Below are positions 1 to 17,600 of a DNA stretch of 64,000 bases, piece by piece (the stretch's first letter is position 1; every line of letters begins with the position of its first letter). The notes under the pieces were generated by a model that had not been told where the DNA came from, did no database searches, and saw nothing but the letters and a program-made list of their open reading frames with translations. The translations under genes and the position numbers were made by a program. Source of the stretch: the human T2T-CHM13v2.0 reference genome, Homo sapiens. The stretch lies in NCBI RefSeq assembly GCF_009914755.1, contig NC_060948.1; one strand, given 5' to 3'.

Positions 1-1457
1 AAAGTACCCTCCTGTGAGCAAAATCTGAAGCATATTTCTCTCTCCCTGATTTCTCCAGAACTTGAAAACTATTTCCAAGTGTACTTAATTTATGACAGGT
101 ATAGTTATTTGCATAAGTTCGATAAGAATCTTTTTTCTTTTGTAACAGGAAAAAATTGGAGACACTGGTTATTTTACCATGGCATTGAATGAAATGGCAT
201 ACTTTTAGATTCTTTTAAGGAGTCAAAGTTGACTTATAGAGCCAATAAAAGTCCCTTGGGAAAACTGACCTCGTAACTTGTCTACACAGTCCCTGTTTAG
301 GGGTCCTGCCATGTGGTAAGTAAAGAATGTCACTTCCTGACAGGCCCAAAAAGCCGAAATTATCTTGGCACCTTGAGGTGAGAAATTCACCCAATTAATA
401 CAGTTATTTGTAAGCATAGATAAATCTGTGGCTACACTTAAAGGCTTTAAAAAAGTTTAATCTAAGATTTCCTATGGAATAAAATTCCAGCAATGCGAAT
501 TTAAAAAGGGACTGTGTGGTAAATAATTATTCTTGCTGACTTTATGCAAATACTCAGGCCAAGTATAGTAAGACTAAAACTTATTTTACAAATAAAGTAG
601 TCTTGCTGTGATTTGTTTTTAGTAAAAACAAGGATTGGAGAGAGAAAAATTATATTTCAGAAAAAACTATAGTACACCTCTTATTACATTCTAGTCCCCT
701 ATTTTGAGTTTTTATAATTTTCTGCAACTTGGAATGAATACTAAATTCTTTCCAGACTACAAGTCTCCATACTAATGCTTTCAAAGTTTTGTTTCCTTTT
801 TCTTTTTTGACTTGGCCTCAATAAAATTGTCACTACCTCTTTCCTGAGGCCCTGTAAGTTAAAGCTTATTGCTTGTAATACAGGAGAGAGAAAAATGTGT
901 CAGATTGTTACTACTGTCCTCCTCTATACCTAAAGATGCTTTAAATCTAACACCTGGATAAATTGTACCCAACATTAACCTTTGTTTTTCTTCTGTCTCT
1001 ATAAAACTGCCTCTTATTAAAATTAGTTTGCCTTCATAAAATAGAGAGGTCTAGCCAATCTGAAGTGCTACCTCCTCATGTGGGAAACAGCTGTTTAACT
1101 GAGCTGATCTAGTCTCGGGACTTAGACACTGACTCAAAAGATATTCAACTATACCGAAGATGGTATATTTAATTTGCTCTTTCCTGTTTATCCCAATCTG
1201 TCTTTCTAACAACCTATGGTTTGTTGTTCACTTAAGTGCTGTATTAGAACTGTGGGTGAGAATATTAATGTTTTTGTCATACACCAGTGAGTACACGCAG
1301 ATGGCTGCAAAGCAGCGGTTTTACTCATATTCTCCTGGGACCAACCTCCCCCAATTGTACCACCCGTCAGCAGGAAGAAGCCAGAGTAGTCATTGCTGTT
1401 TTTCCATCTCTGTGACCAACATCTTAAGAATAAGGTGAATAAAAGCCAAAGGGGGAT
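1..1457 (+). mobile_element. 3' part of a non-coding ERV1 (MER4-group) internal sequence ending in a polypurine tract
   Basis: MER4-int-like sequence without an intact ORF, ending in AAAAGCCAAAGGGGGAT (PPT, 1441-1457) directly before an LTR start TG. Family assigned from memory. Confidence 0.6.
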
Positions 1458-1505
1458 TGAAACAACCTTTGCAAAAAATATATCAGTGAGAAAATTTTGA
1501 CTATG
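1458..1505 (+). mobile_element. LTR8/LTR8A-like 3' LTR stub (only the first ~45 bp)
   Basis: TGAAACAACCTTTGCAAAAAATATATCAGTGAGAAAATTTTGAC resembles the LTR8A 5' end (TGAAACCGCCTTTGCAAAAATTATA…GAAATTATGAC) and runs straight into L1 sequence. Confidence 0.55.
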
Positions 1506-4379
1506 AGGAACTATATGCCAAAAAATTGGAAAATCTGTAAGAAATGGATAAATTTCTGGGCACATGCCATCTACCAAGATTAAACCATGAAGAACTCTAA
1601 AACCTGAACAAACCAATAACAAAAAATGAGATCAAAACTGTAATAAAAATTCTCCCAGGATATAAAAGCCCAAGACCTGATGGCTTCACTACTGAATTGT
1701 ACCAGAAATTTAAAGAACTAAATCCAAGCCTGCTCAAACTATCCCTAAAAATAGAGGATGAGAAAATACTTCCAAACTCATTCTACGAATCTAATATTAG
1801 CATGATAACAAAGCCAGTCAAAGACATGTTAAAGTAAAACAAAACAACAGGCCCCAATGTCTCTGATGAATATTGATGTAAAAACCTTAACAAAAAATTA
1901 GCAAACTGAATTAAACAATACACTAAAAAGATTATTTATCATGACCAAGAAGTCTTTATTCCTATTACACAAGGATGGTTCAGCATAAGCAAATCAATCA
2001 TATCAATAGAATGAAAGAAAAAAAAACTATGATTATTTCAATTGAAGTCAAAATAATTACATTCAATACCCCTTAATGAGAAAAACTCTGAAAAACTGAA
2101 CACACTACCACATAATAAAAGCCATATATGACAGACCCACAGCTAGTATATCACGCTGAATAGTAAAATAATAAAAGCCTTTCCTCTAAGATTTGCAACA
2201 TGATAAGGATGCCCATTTTCACCACTGTTATTCAATATAATACTGGAATTCCTAACTAGAGCAATCAGACAAGAGAAATACATAAAGTACATTTAAATTG
2301 GAAAGGAAGAAGTCAAATTATCTTTTTTTGCTGATGACATAATTCCATATTGGGAAAAAACTAAAGAGTGCAAAAAAACCATTAGAACTGATAAAAAAAA
2401 TTAGTAAACTTGCACGATATGAAATAAAAATACAATAATCAGTAGCATTTCTATATCCCAACAGTGAATAAACTGAAATTGAAATTAAAAAGTAGTCAAA
2501 TTAATAATAGCCACACACAAAAGTAAATACCTAAGAATTAACATAACCAAAGAAGTAAAAGATCGCTATAATAAAAAACTATAAAACACTGACAAAAAAA
2601 ATTTCAGAGAACACCAAAAAAGGTAAAATATTCCATGTTCATGAATTAGAAAAATTAATATTTTTTAAATGTCCATATTACACAAAGCCACTACAGATTT
2701 AATGTAATCCCTATCAAAATACCAATGACATTCTTTATAGCAATAGAAAAAAGAATCCTAAAATTCATATGGGACCACAAAAGACCCAGAATAGCCACAG
2801 TTATCTTAGGCAAAAAGAACAAAACCAGAGGAATTATATTACCTGCCTTCAAATTATGTTACAGAGCTATAGTAACCAAACAGCATAAACCTGACATAAA
2901 AACAGACACATAGACCAAAGGAACAGAATTGAGAACCTACAAACAAATCCAAACACATACAGTGAACTCATTTTCTCCAAAAATGCTGAGAACATACACT
3001 GGGGAAAAGACAGTCTCTTCAATAAATAGTGCTGGGAAAACTGGATATTCACATGCTGAAGAATGAGACTAGATCCCTATCTCTCACCATATACAAAAAT
3101 TAAATCTAAATGGATTAAAGACTTAAATCTAAGACCTCAAACTGTGAAACCATTAAAAGAAAAGTATTAAAAGGAAACATTTGAAAAATGCTCAACATCA
3201 ATCCAGGCAAAGTTTTCTGTAATACCCCACAAGAACAGGCAATGAAAGCAAAAATGTACAAATGGAATCATATCCAGTTAAGAAGCTTCTGCACAGCAAA
3301 TAAAACAATCAACAAAGTGAAGAGACAACCCACAGAATGGAAGAAAATATTTGCAAATTACCCCCCAGACAAGGTCTTAACAAGCAGAACATTTAAGGAG
3401 CTCAGCTCAAACAACTGTATTAAAAAAAACAAAACACTAATAATTTAATCAAAAAATGGACACAAAATGTGAATATACATTTCTCAAAAGATGACATGCA
3501 AATGGCAAGCAGGCATATGAAAGTGTGCACAATATCATTGATTATCAGATAAATGCAAATAAAACTACAATGAGATATCATCTCGCCCCAGTTAAAATGG
3601 CTTTTATCTAAAAGACAGGCAATAACAAAAACTGGAGAGGGTGTGGAGAAAAGGGAACCGCCATGCACTATTTGTGGGAATGTAAATTAGTACAACCACT
3701 ATAGAGAACAGTTTGGAGGGTCCTCACAAAACTAAAAATAGAGCTACTATATGATTCAACAATTCTACTGCTTGGTATATACCCCAAAGTACAGAAATTG
3801 GATATCTCCACCCCTTTTTTGACAACTCTGTTCACAATAGACAAGATTTGGAAACAACCTAGGTATTCCTCAACAGATAAATGGATAAAGAAAATATAAA
3901 ATTTATACACAATGTAGTACTATTCATTCACATAAAAAATGAGATTCAGTCATTTGCAACAACATGGATAGAACTGGAGGTTATCATATTAAGTGAAATA
4001 AGCCAAGCACAATAAGATCAGCATTGCATGTTCTCAATTATTTGTGAGATCTGAAAATTAAAACAATTGAACTCATGGAGATAGAGTGTAGGATATGATT
4101 ACCAGAGGCTGGGAAGCATAGTAGAGAAAGTGAGTGGGTGGCAGGGATGGTTAATCATTCCAAAAAGTAGTTAGAATAAATGGATAATACCTAATATTTG
4201 ATAGTAAAACAGGATGACTATAGTCAATAATAATTTAACTGTACATTAAAAAATAACTAAAAGAATATAATTAGATTGTTTATAACATGAAGGATAAATG
4301 CTTGAGGGGATGGATAACCCATATTTCATGGTGTGATTGTTACACTTTGCAAGCCTGTATCAAAAAATCTTATGTCCTC
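1500..4379 (+). mobile_element. L1MA (L1MA2/3-like) ORF2 3' half and 3' UTR, decayed
   Basis: ORF2 remnants ([13 protein letters not shown]…[11 protein letters not shown]; LRSFCTANKTINKVKRQPTEWKKIFANY) and an L1MA-type 3' UTR (…GGATAAATGCTTGAGGGGATGGATA…GCCTGTATCAAAA), interrupted by THE1 at 4380. Confidence 0.85.
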
Positions 4380-6469
4380 TGATATGGCTTGGCTGTGTCC
4401 ACACCCAAGTCTCACCTTGAATTGTAGCTCCCATAATCCCCATGTGTTGTGGGAGGGACCCAGTGGAGATAATTACATCACGGTGGCAGGTTTTTCTTGT
4501 GCTGTTTTTATGGTAGTAAATAAGTCTCAAGAGATCTGATGGTTTTCAAAAGGGCAGTTCCCCTGCACATGCTCTCTTGCCTGCTGCCATGTAAGGCATG
4601 CCTTTTTTCTTCTGCCATGATTGTGAGGCCTTCCCAGCCATGTGGAACTGTGAGTTCATTAAACTTCTTTTTCTTTTTAAATTACCCAGTTTTGGGTATT
4701 TCTTCATAGCAGTAAGAAAATGGACTAATGTAGCAAATTGGTACCAGGATTAGGGCACTGTTATTATATTAAGATACCCGAAAATGTGGAAGTGACTTTG
4801 GAACTGGGTAACAGGCAGAGATTGGAACAGTTTGTAGGGCTCAGAAGACAGGAAGATGTGGGAAAGTTTCAACGTTCCTAGAGACTTGTTGAATGGTGTT
4901 GACCAAAAAGTTCAGGCTGAGGTGGTCCCAGAAGGAGATGAGGAAGTTATTGAGAACTGGAGCAAAGGTGATTATTGCTATGCTTTAGCAAACAGATTGG
5001 TAGCGTTTTTCCCCTGCCCTAGATATCTGTGGAACTTTGAACATGAGAGAGATGATTTAGGGTATCTGGCAGAATAAATTTCTAAGCAGTAAAGCATTCA
5101 AGAGGTAACTTGGGTGCTCTTAAATGCATTCAGTTTTATTCATTCACAAAGAAATGGTTTGAAGTTGGAACTTATGTTTAAAATGGGAGCAGAGCATAAA
5201 AGTTTGGAAAATTTGCAGCCTGATGATGTAATAGAAAAGAAAAACCCATTTTCTGAGGAAAAATTCAAAGCTGGCTGGAGAAAATTTCATAAGTATTGAG
5301 AAGCCAAATATTAATCACCAAAACAGTAGGAAAACTTTCTCCAGGACATGTCAGAGGTCCTCATGGCAGCACCTACAGTCACAAGCTGGGGGTGTCTAGG
5401 AGGAAAAAAATTGTTTTGTGGGCCAGATCCAGGGTTTTGCTGCTTTGTGCAGTCTTGGGACCTGGTGCCCTGCATTACAGCCATGGCTAAAGGGGGCCAA
5501 TGTACACCTCAAGACATTGTTTCAGAGGGTTCAAGCCCCATACATTGGTGTCTTACATGTGGTATTGGGCCTGTGGGTGCACAGAAGTCAAGAACTGGGA
5601 ATCTCCACCTAAATTTTGGAGGATGTATGGAAATTGCTGGGTGTCCAGGCAGAGTTGTGCTGCAGGGGCAGAATCCTCACGGAGAACCTCTGCTAGGGCA
5701 GTGCAGAAGGGAAATGTGAGGTGGGAGTCCCCACACAGAATCCCCACTGAGGCACTGCCTAGTGGAGTGATGAGAAAAGAGCCACCATCCTCCAGACCCC
5801 AGAATGGTAGATCCAATCACAGCTTGCACCATGCACCTGAAAAAGCCACAGACACTCAATGCCAGCCTGTGAAAGCAGCCAGGAGTGAGGCTGTACTCTG
5901 CAAAGCCACAGGGGCAGAGCTGCCCAAGACCACGAGAACCCACCTCTTGCATCAGTGTGACCTGGATGTGAAACATGCAGTCAAAGGTGATCATTTTGGA
6001 GCTTTAATATTTGACCACCTCACTGGATTTCACATTTTCATGAGGCCTGTAGTCTCTTCATTTTGGCCAATTTCTCCCATTTGGAATAGGCATATTTACC
6101 CAATGCCTGTACCTCCATTGTATCTAGGAAGTAACTAACTTGCTTTTGATTTTACAGGCTCATAGGTGGAAGGGAGTTGCCTTGTCTCAGATGAGACTTT
6201 GGACCGTGAACTTTTGAGTTATTGCTGAATCAAGACTTTGGGGAACTGTTGAGAAGGAATGATTTGTTTTGAAATGTGAGGACATGAGATTTGGGAGTTG
6301 CCAGGGGCAGAATGGTGTGGTTTGCCTGTGTCCCCACTCAAATTTCATCTTGAATTGAAGCTCCCATAATCTCCACGTGTTGTGGGAGGGAACCAGTGAG
6401 GGGTAATTGAATCATCAGGGTGGGTTTTTCCCATGCTATTCTTGTGATAGTGAATAAGTCTCAAGAGAT
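4380..6469 (+). mobile_element. THE1D-like MaLR: 5' LTR 4380-4732, internal 4733-6312, truncated 3' LTR 6313-6469
   Basis: LTR starts TGATATGGCTTGGCTGTGTCC and ends ATGGACTAATGTA. Internal region begins GCAAATTGGTACC; the second LTR starts after CCAGGGGCAGAA and stops at TCAAGAGAT. Confidence 0.9.
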
Positions 6470-6484
6470 GAAAGAAAGAAAGAA

Positions 6485-6745
6485 AGAACAATGATGTGAA
6501 ATAATTAAAACGCTAATACATTGCTGATGGGAATGTAAAATGGCGTAGCTACTAAGGAAAATGGTATGGTGATTCATAAAAAAAAAAAAAAATATTAAAC
6601 ATAAAATTACCATATGACCCAACCATTCTACTCTGGGTATATACTCAAAAGTAGTTGAAATAGAGATTCAAACAGGTATCAGTACCCATATTCATAGCTG
6701 CATTATTCACAGCAGCCAAAAGTTGGAAGCAACCTAAGAGTTTAT
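6485..6745 (+). mobile_element. L1MB-like ORF2 3'-end fragment
   Basis: ACATTGCTGATGGGAATGTAAAATGG…AATTACCATATGACCCAACCATTCTACTCTGGGTATATACTC is typical L1M ORF2-end sequence. Confidence 0.6.
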
Positions 6746-12690
<5,945 letters not shown>

Positions 12691-13799
12691 GGAATAATTA
12701 TAAATTATATCATTTTCCAGTGAAAATGACTTTGCATCAATTTCTTCATCACAAATAGGCTACAATCTCGATATTGAAACTATGATGTATTATTTTTTGT
12801 GAAATTTCAGGCTGCCAGATAAATGGCTTTTCTGATGACCAGGAAATTAAATTTTGTTTGAAAGTAAAGTTATATGTGTGTTCATGTATTTTCATGCCTG
12901 CAATTATGGTTTAATATTATCTGAAATATATAAAACTATATTCCCAACTATTTCTCAAATATAATTGTGCAAAAAATATAGAACATTTTAAACGTTAATC
13001 TCCTAGGGACACGTTTATTTTAAGTGAGCTCTAAATAAAGAAAGATAAATGGTTATCTAATGCGGAGCTATTAGTCTTACTATAACTTATTTTACATCCT
13101 ATTCTTTGGTACTAAGCATGATAGGGTAATGACAGTCACTGGACTCTATAACAAATTGAATCTCTATTTTTATTTTTTAAAATTATGTACAAAAACTTGA
13201 ATTGCCATTATCACTCAGCAAGCACACATGTTCAGAGAGAAGAAAAAGAGAATTTTTTTTTTCTTTTCTGGAGACCTAAGTGTGAAAACAAATTATACTA
13301 ATCATTTATAAAGTTATTTGAAATTAACTAGTGGTTGCAACCCAAAGTTAAGAAAATAGTGAAGATTATATGGACAGTTTCTTTCTCTAAAAATAACCAA
13401 ATTCTTCCTTCCTGTTCTGCTCTTCTCTTAATACCATGCACCTGAACAAAAATCATTATGTCATTTTTCTAGCTTTGTGAAGGTAGAAAATGTATGAGGC
13501 TAAGTGTCTTAGAAAACCTTTGTATTATCGTTTATCCTATGGTTTCTGTAAATAAATGATATTCTTATCTTTTTAAATATTTCCACACATTATTTTCAAA
13601 ATTATGTTTTGAATTTGATAACTTTGTATTAAAAATATTTCAAGCAGTGAGTCCACAAAGAAGCATGTATTATTTGGATGCAATACTATTTAATTTGATT
13701 AGGATATTTTTCTGGAAAAAATAATTCTGAATTGAATAAAGGAGGCAAAAGATAATTTATAAAAAGTAAAATTTCTCAACAGTTGACATCACTCATTGC

Positions 13800-14660
13800 T
13801 GTTTTTTATATTTACGTACAATAAAATTCACTCATGTTCTATAGTTCTACCAGTTTTGACAAATGCATACAATCATGTATCTATCACCATTTTCATATAG
13901 AGAACACTTTCATTACTCCCAAAATTTATTTGTGCTGCTCTGCTAGTCAACATTACCTGAATTCCCAGCTCCTGGCGATCACCGGTATGTTTTTCATCCC
14001 TATAAGCTTGCCATTTCCAGAATGTTATATAATAGGAACCATACACGATGTAGACTGTTGATTATGGCTTCTTTCATTTAACAAAATTCATCTGAGATTC
14101 ATCCATGTTGCTCTAAGAATCAATATGCTTCTTTTTATTGCTGAGTAGTATTTCAGTGTGTGGCTATGACACAGTTCATTCTTTTACCAGCTGAAAGACA
14201 GTAAGGGTCATTTCTACCTTTTGGTGATTATTAATAATGATGTTTAACTTGCACATAAAAATTTCTACGATAACATACGTTTTCAAATATTTTGCATAAA
14301 TATGCAGGACTGGAATTGCTGGGTTTTTTTTCTGTTTTTGTTTTTCAAGTGTATGTTTAGCTGTATAGGAAGTTGACAAACTGTTATCTAAATTCTCTGT
14401 GCCATTCTGTGTCAGCAGCAGCATCAACTGAAGATTCTAGATGTTTGGAATACTTACCAGCACTTGGTATTTTTAGTTTGTTCTTTTAATCACTCAAATA
14501 GAATGGTATCTCTTTGCATTTTAAATTTGTGTTTCTTTAATGTCTGACTGTGCTGAGCCTCTAATTATATGCTTATCTGACATATTCATGTCTTCTTTGA
14601 TAGTCTATACAGATATTTGCCAGTTTTTTAATTGAGTTCTTCATTTTCTTATTGTTGTTT
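13800..14660 (-). mobile_element. L1MC-like 3' end (left half of the host split by the L1PA insertion)
   Basis: Reverse L1M 3' UTR/ORF2-end signature (TACAATAAAATTCACTC…GTTTTGACAAATGCATACAATCATG…); continues collinearly at 21131. Confidence 0.65.
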
Positions 14661-14661
14661 T

Positions 14662-17600
14662 TTAGTTTTTTAAATTTCAACTATTATTTTTGATTCAGGG
14701 GGTACATGTGCAGATTTGTTACCTGGGTATATTGGGTGACGCTGAGGTTTGGGGTATGAATAATCTCATCATATTCATAGTTGTTCAACGCTTTCTCCCC
14801 TCTCTCCCTTCTAATACTCTTCAGTGTCTATTGTTGCTGTCTTTATTTCCATGAGTACCCAATGTTTAGCTTCCACTTATAAGGGAGAACATGCAATATT
14901 TGGCTTTCTGTTGCTGTGTTAATTTGCTTAGGATAATGGCCTCCAGCTGCACCCATGTTGCTGCAAATAACATAGTTTGTTCTTTTAAAGACTGCATATA
15001 TCCTATGGTATATGCGTGCTATATATAAGAAATCCAGTCCACCACTGATGGTCACCTAGGTTGACTCCATGTCTTTGCTATTGTGAACAGTGCTGTGTCA
15101 ACATGCAAGTGCATGTGTCTTTTTGGTAGAACAATTTGTTTTCTTTTGGAGATAATACTCAGTAATGAGAGTTTCTGGGTTGAATGGTAATTCTGTTTTG
15201 TGTTCTTTGAGAAATCTTCAAAATGCTCTCCACAAAGGCTGAATTAATTTACATTCCCACCAATAGTGTATAAAAATTCTCTTTTCTCCTCAACTTTGTT
15301 AGCGTCTGTTGTTTTTTGGCTTTTTAATAATAGCTATTCTGACTGGTGTGAGATAGATTCTCATTGTGGTTTTGATTTGCATTTATCTGGTGAAGAATGA
15401 TGAGGAATTTTTTTTATATGTTTGTTGGCCCCTTGTATGTCTTCTTTTGAGAAGTGTCTGTTTATATTTTTTGCCCACTTTTGAATGGAGGCTTTTGTTT
15501 TTTGCTTGTTGTTTGTTTATATTCTCTACAGTCTAGATAGTAGACCTTTGCTGAATGTATACTTTGGGAACATTTTCTCCCATTCTATAGGTTGTCTGTT
15601 CACCTGGTTGATAGCTTATTTTGCTTTGCAGAAGCTCTTTAGTTTAATTAGGTCCCATTTGTCAATTTTTGTTTTTGTTGCAATTGCTTTTAAGGATTCA
15701 GTCATAAATTCTTTGCAAAGGCTAATGTCCAGAATGGTGTTTCGTATGGTTCCTTCTAGAATTCTTACAGTTATTGGTCTCACATTTAAATCTTTAATTC
15801 ATCTTAGGTTAATTTTTGTATATGGTGATAGGTAGGGGTCCAGTTTCATTCTTCTACATGTGGCTAGTCAACTGTCCCAGCACAATTTATTGAATAGAAA
15901 GTCCTTTCCCCACTGCTTAATTTTGTCAACTTTGTCAAATATTAGATGGCTGTAGGTGTGCAACTTTATTTCTGGGTTCTCTATTTCTGTTCCATTGGTC
16001 TATGTGTTTGCTTTTGCATCAGTCCCGTGCTCTTTTTGTTACTGTAGCCTTATAGTACAGTCTGAAATCAGATAATGTGATGCCTCCAGCTTTGTTCTTT
16101 TTGCTTAGGATTATTTTGGCTATTTGGCTTATTTTGTGGTTCCATATAAATTTTAGAACAGTTTTTTTTTTCAAATTCTGGAAAAATGACTTTGGTAGTT
16201 TGATAAGAAGAGTGTTGAATCTGTATTTTGCTTTGGATAGTATGGCCATTTTTATATTTATTCTTCTAATCCATGAGCATAGGATACTTTTTCATTTGTT
16301 TGTGTCATCTAATATTTCTTTTAGCAGTGTTTTGTAGTTCTTCTTGTACAAACAAGCCTCTTGCTGCCTTGGTTAGATTTATTCCTAGCTTTTTTTTTTG
16401 GCTATTGCAAATAAAATTCTATTCTTGATCCAGCACTCAGCTTTAATATATAGAAATTCTACTGATTTTTGCACATTGATTTTGTATGCTGAAACTTTGC
16501 TAAATCTTTTGTGTTCCAGGAGCCTTTCAATGTTCTTTAGGGTTTTCTACATATTGAATCCTACTGGCCATGAATCGACATAGGTTATCATCTTCTTTTC
16601 CTAATTAGATGCCTTTAGTTCTTTATCTTTCCTGATTTCTCTGTCTAGCACTTCCAGTACTGTGTTGAATAGGAGTACTGAAGATGGGCATCCTTGTCTT
16701 ATTCTAGCTTTCAAAAGAATGCTTCTAGTTTTTGCCTGTTTAGTATGATGTTGGCTGTGGGTTTGTCATAGATGACTCATTACTTTAAGGTGTGTTCCTT
16801 CAGTGACTAATATATGAAAGTTTTTATCATGAAGAGATGCTGGATTTTATCAAAAGCTATTTCTGTGTCTATTGAGATGATCACATTTTTTTTAAATTTA
16901 CTTCTGTTTATGCGGTGAATCACATTTATTGATTTGCATATGCTGTACCAATCTTGCATCCCAAGAATGAAACCTACTTGATCACAGTCTTCACGGTCAA
17001 TTAATTTTTTGAAGTGCTGTTGGATTCAGTTTCCTAGTATATTTTTTTTGACAATTTTTGTGTCTTTGTTAATCAGAGATATTGGCCTATAATTTTCATT
17101 TTTTGTTGTGTCTTTGCCAGGTTTTTGTATCAGGATGATGCTGGCCTCATAGAAGGAGTTAGAGAGGAGTCCCTAACTACTAGAATTTTTTTTTAATAGT
17201 TTCAGTAGCATTGGTAACATCTCTTTTTTGTATGTCTGGTACAATTTGGCTCTGAATCCATCTGGTCTGGGTTTTGTTTTTGGTTTGTTTGTTTGGTAGT
17301 GTTTAAAATTACTGATACAATCTCAAAACTCAGCATTGATCTGTTCACGGTTTCAATCTCTTCCTGATTCAATCTTGGGCGATTGTGTGCTTCCAGCAAT
17401 TTCTCAATTTCCTCTAAATTTTCTATTTTGTGTGCACAGAGGTGTTTATATTTTCTGAGGATCTTTTGAATTCCTGTGGGATCAGTTGCAATGCCACCTT
17501 TGTCTATTGTGACTGTGCTTATTTGGGTCATCTCCTGTTAATCTAGCTAGTAGCCTGTCAATCTTATTTATTTTTTTCAATAGTTTGTATGATTTCAATT

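Noticed and set aside
12700-13800. Hidden alternative PCDH11 exon in the unique AT-rich intronic stretch
   Set aside because: I see no convincing acceptor-ORF-donor with cadherin-tail similarity; a very small exon cannot be excluded without RNA-seq.
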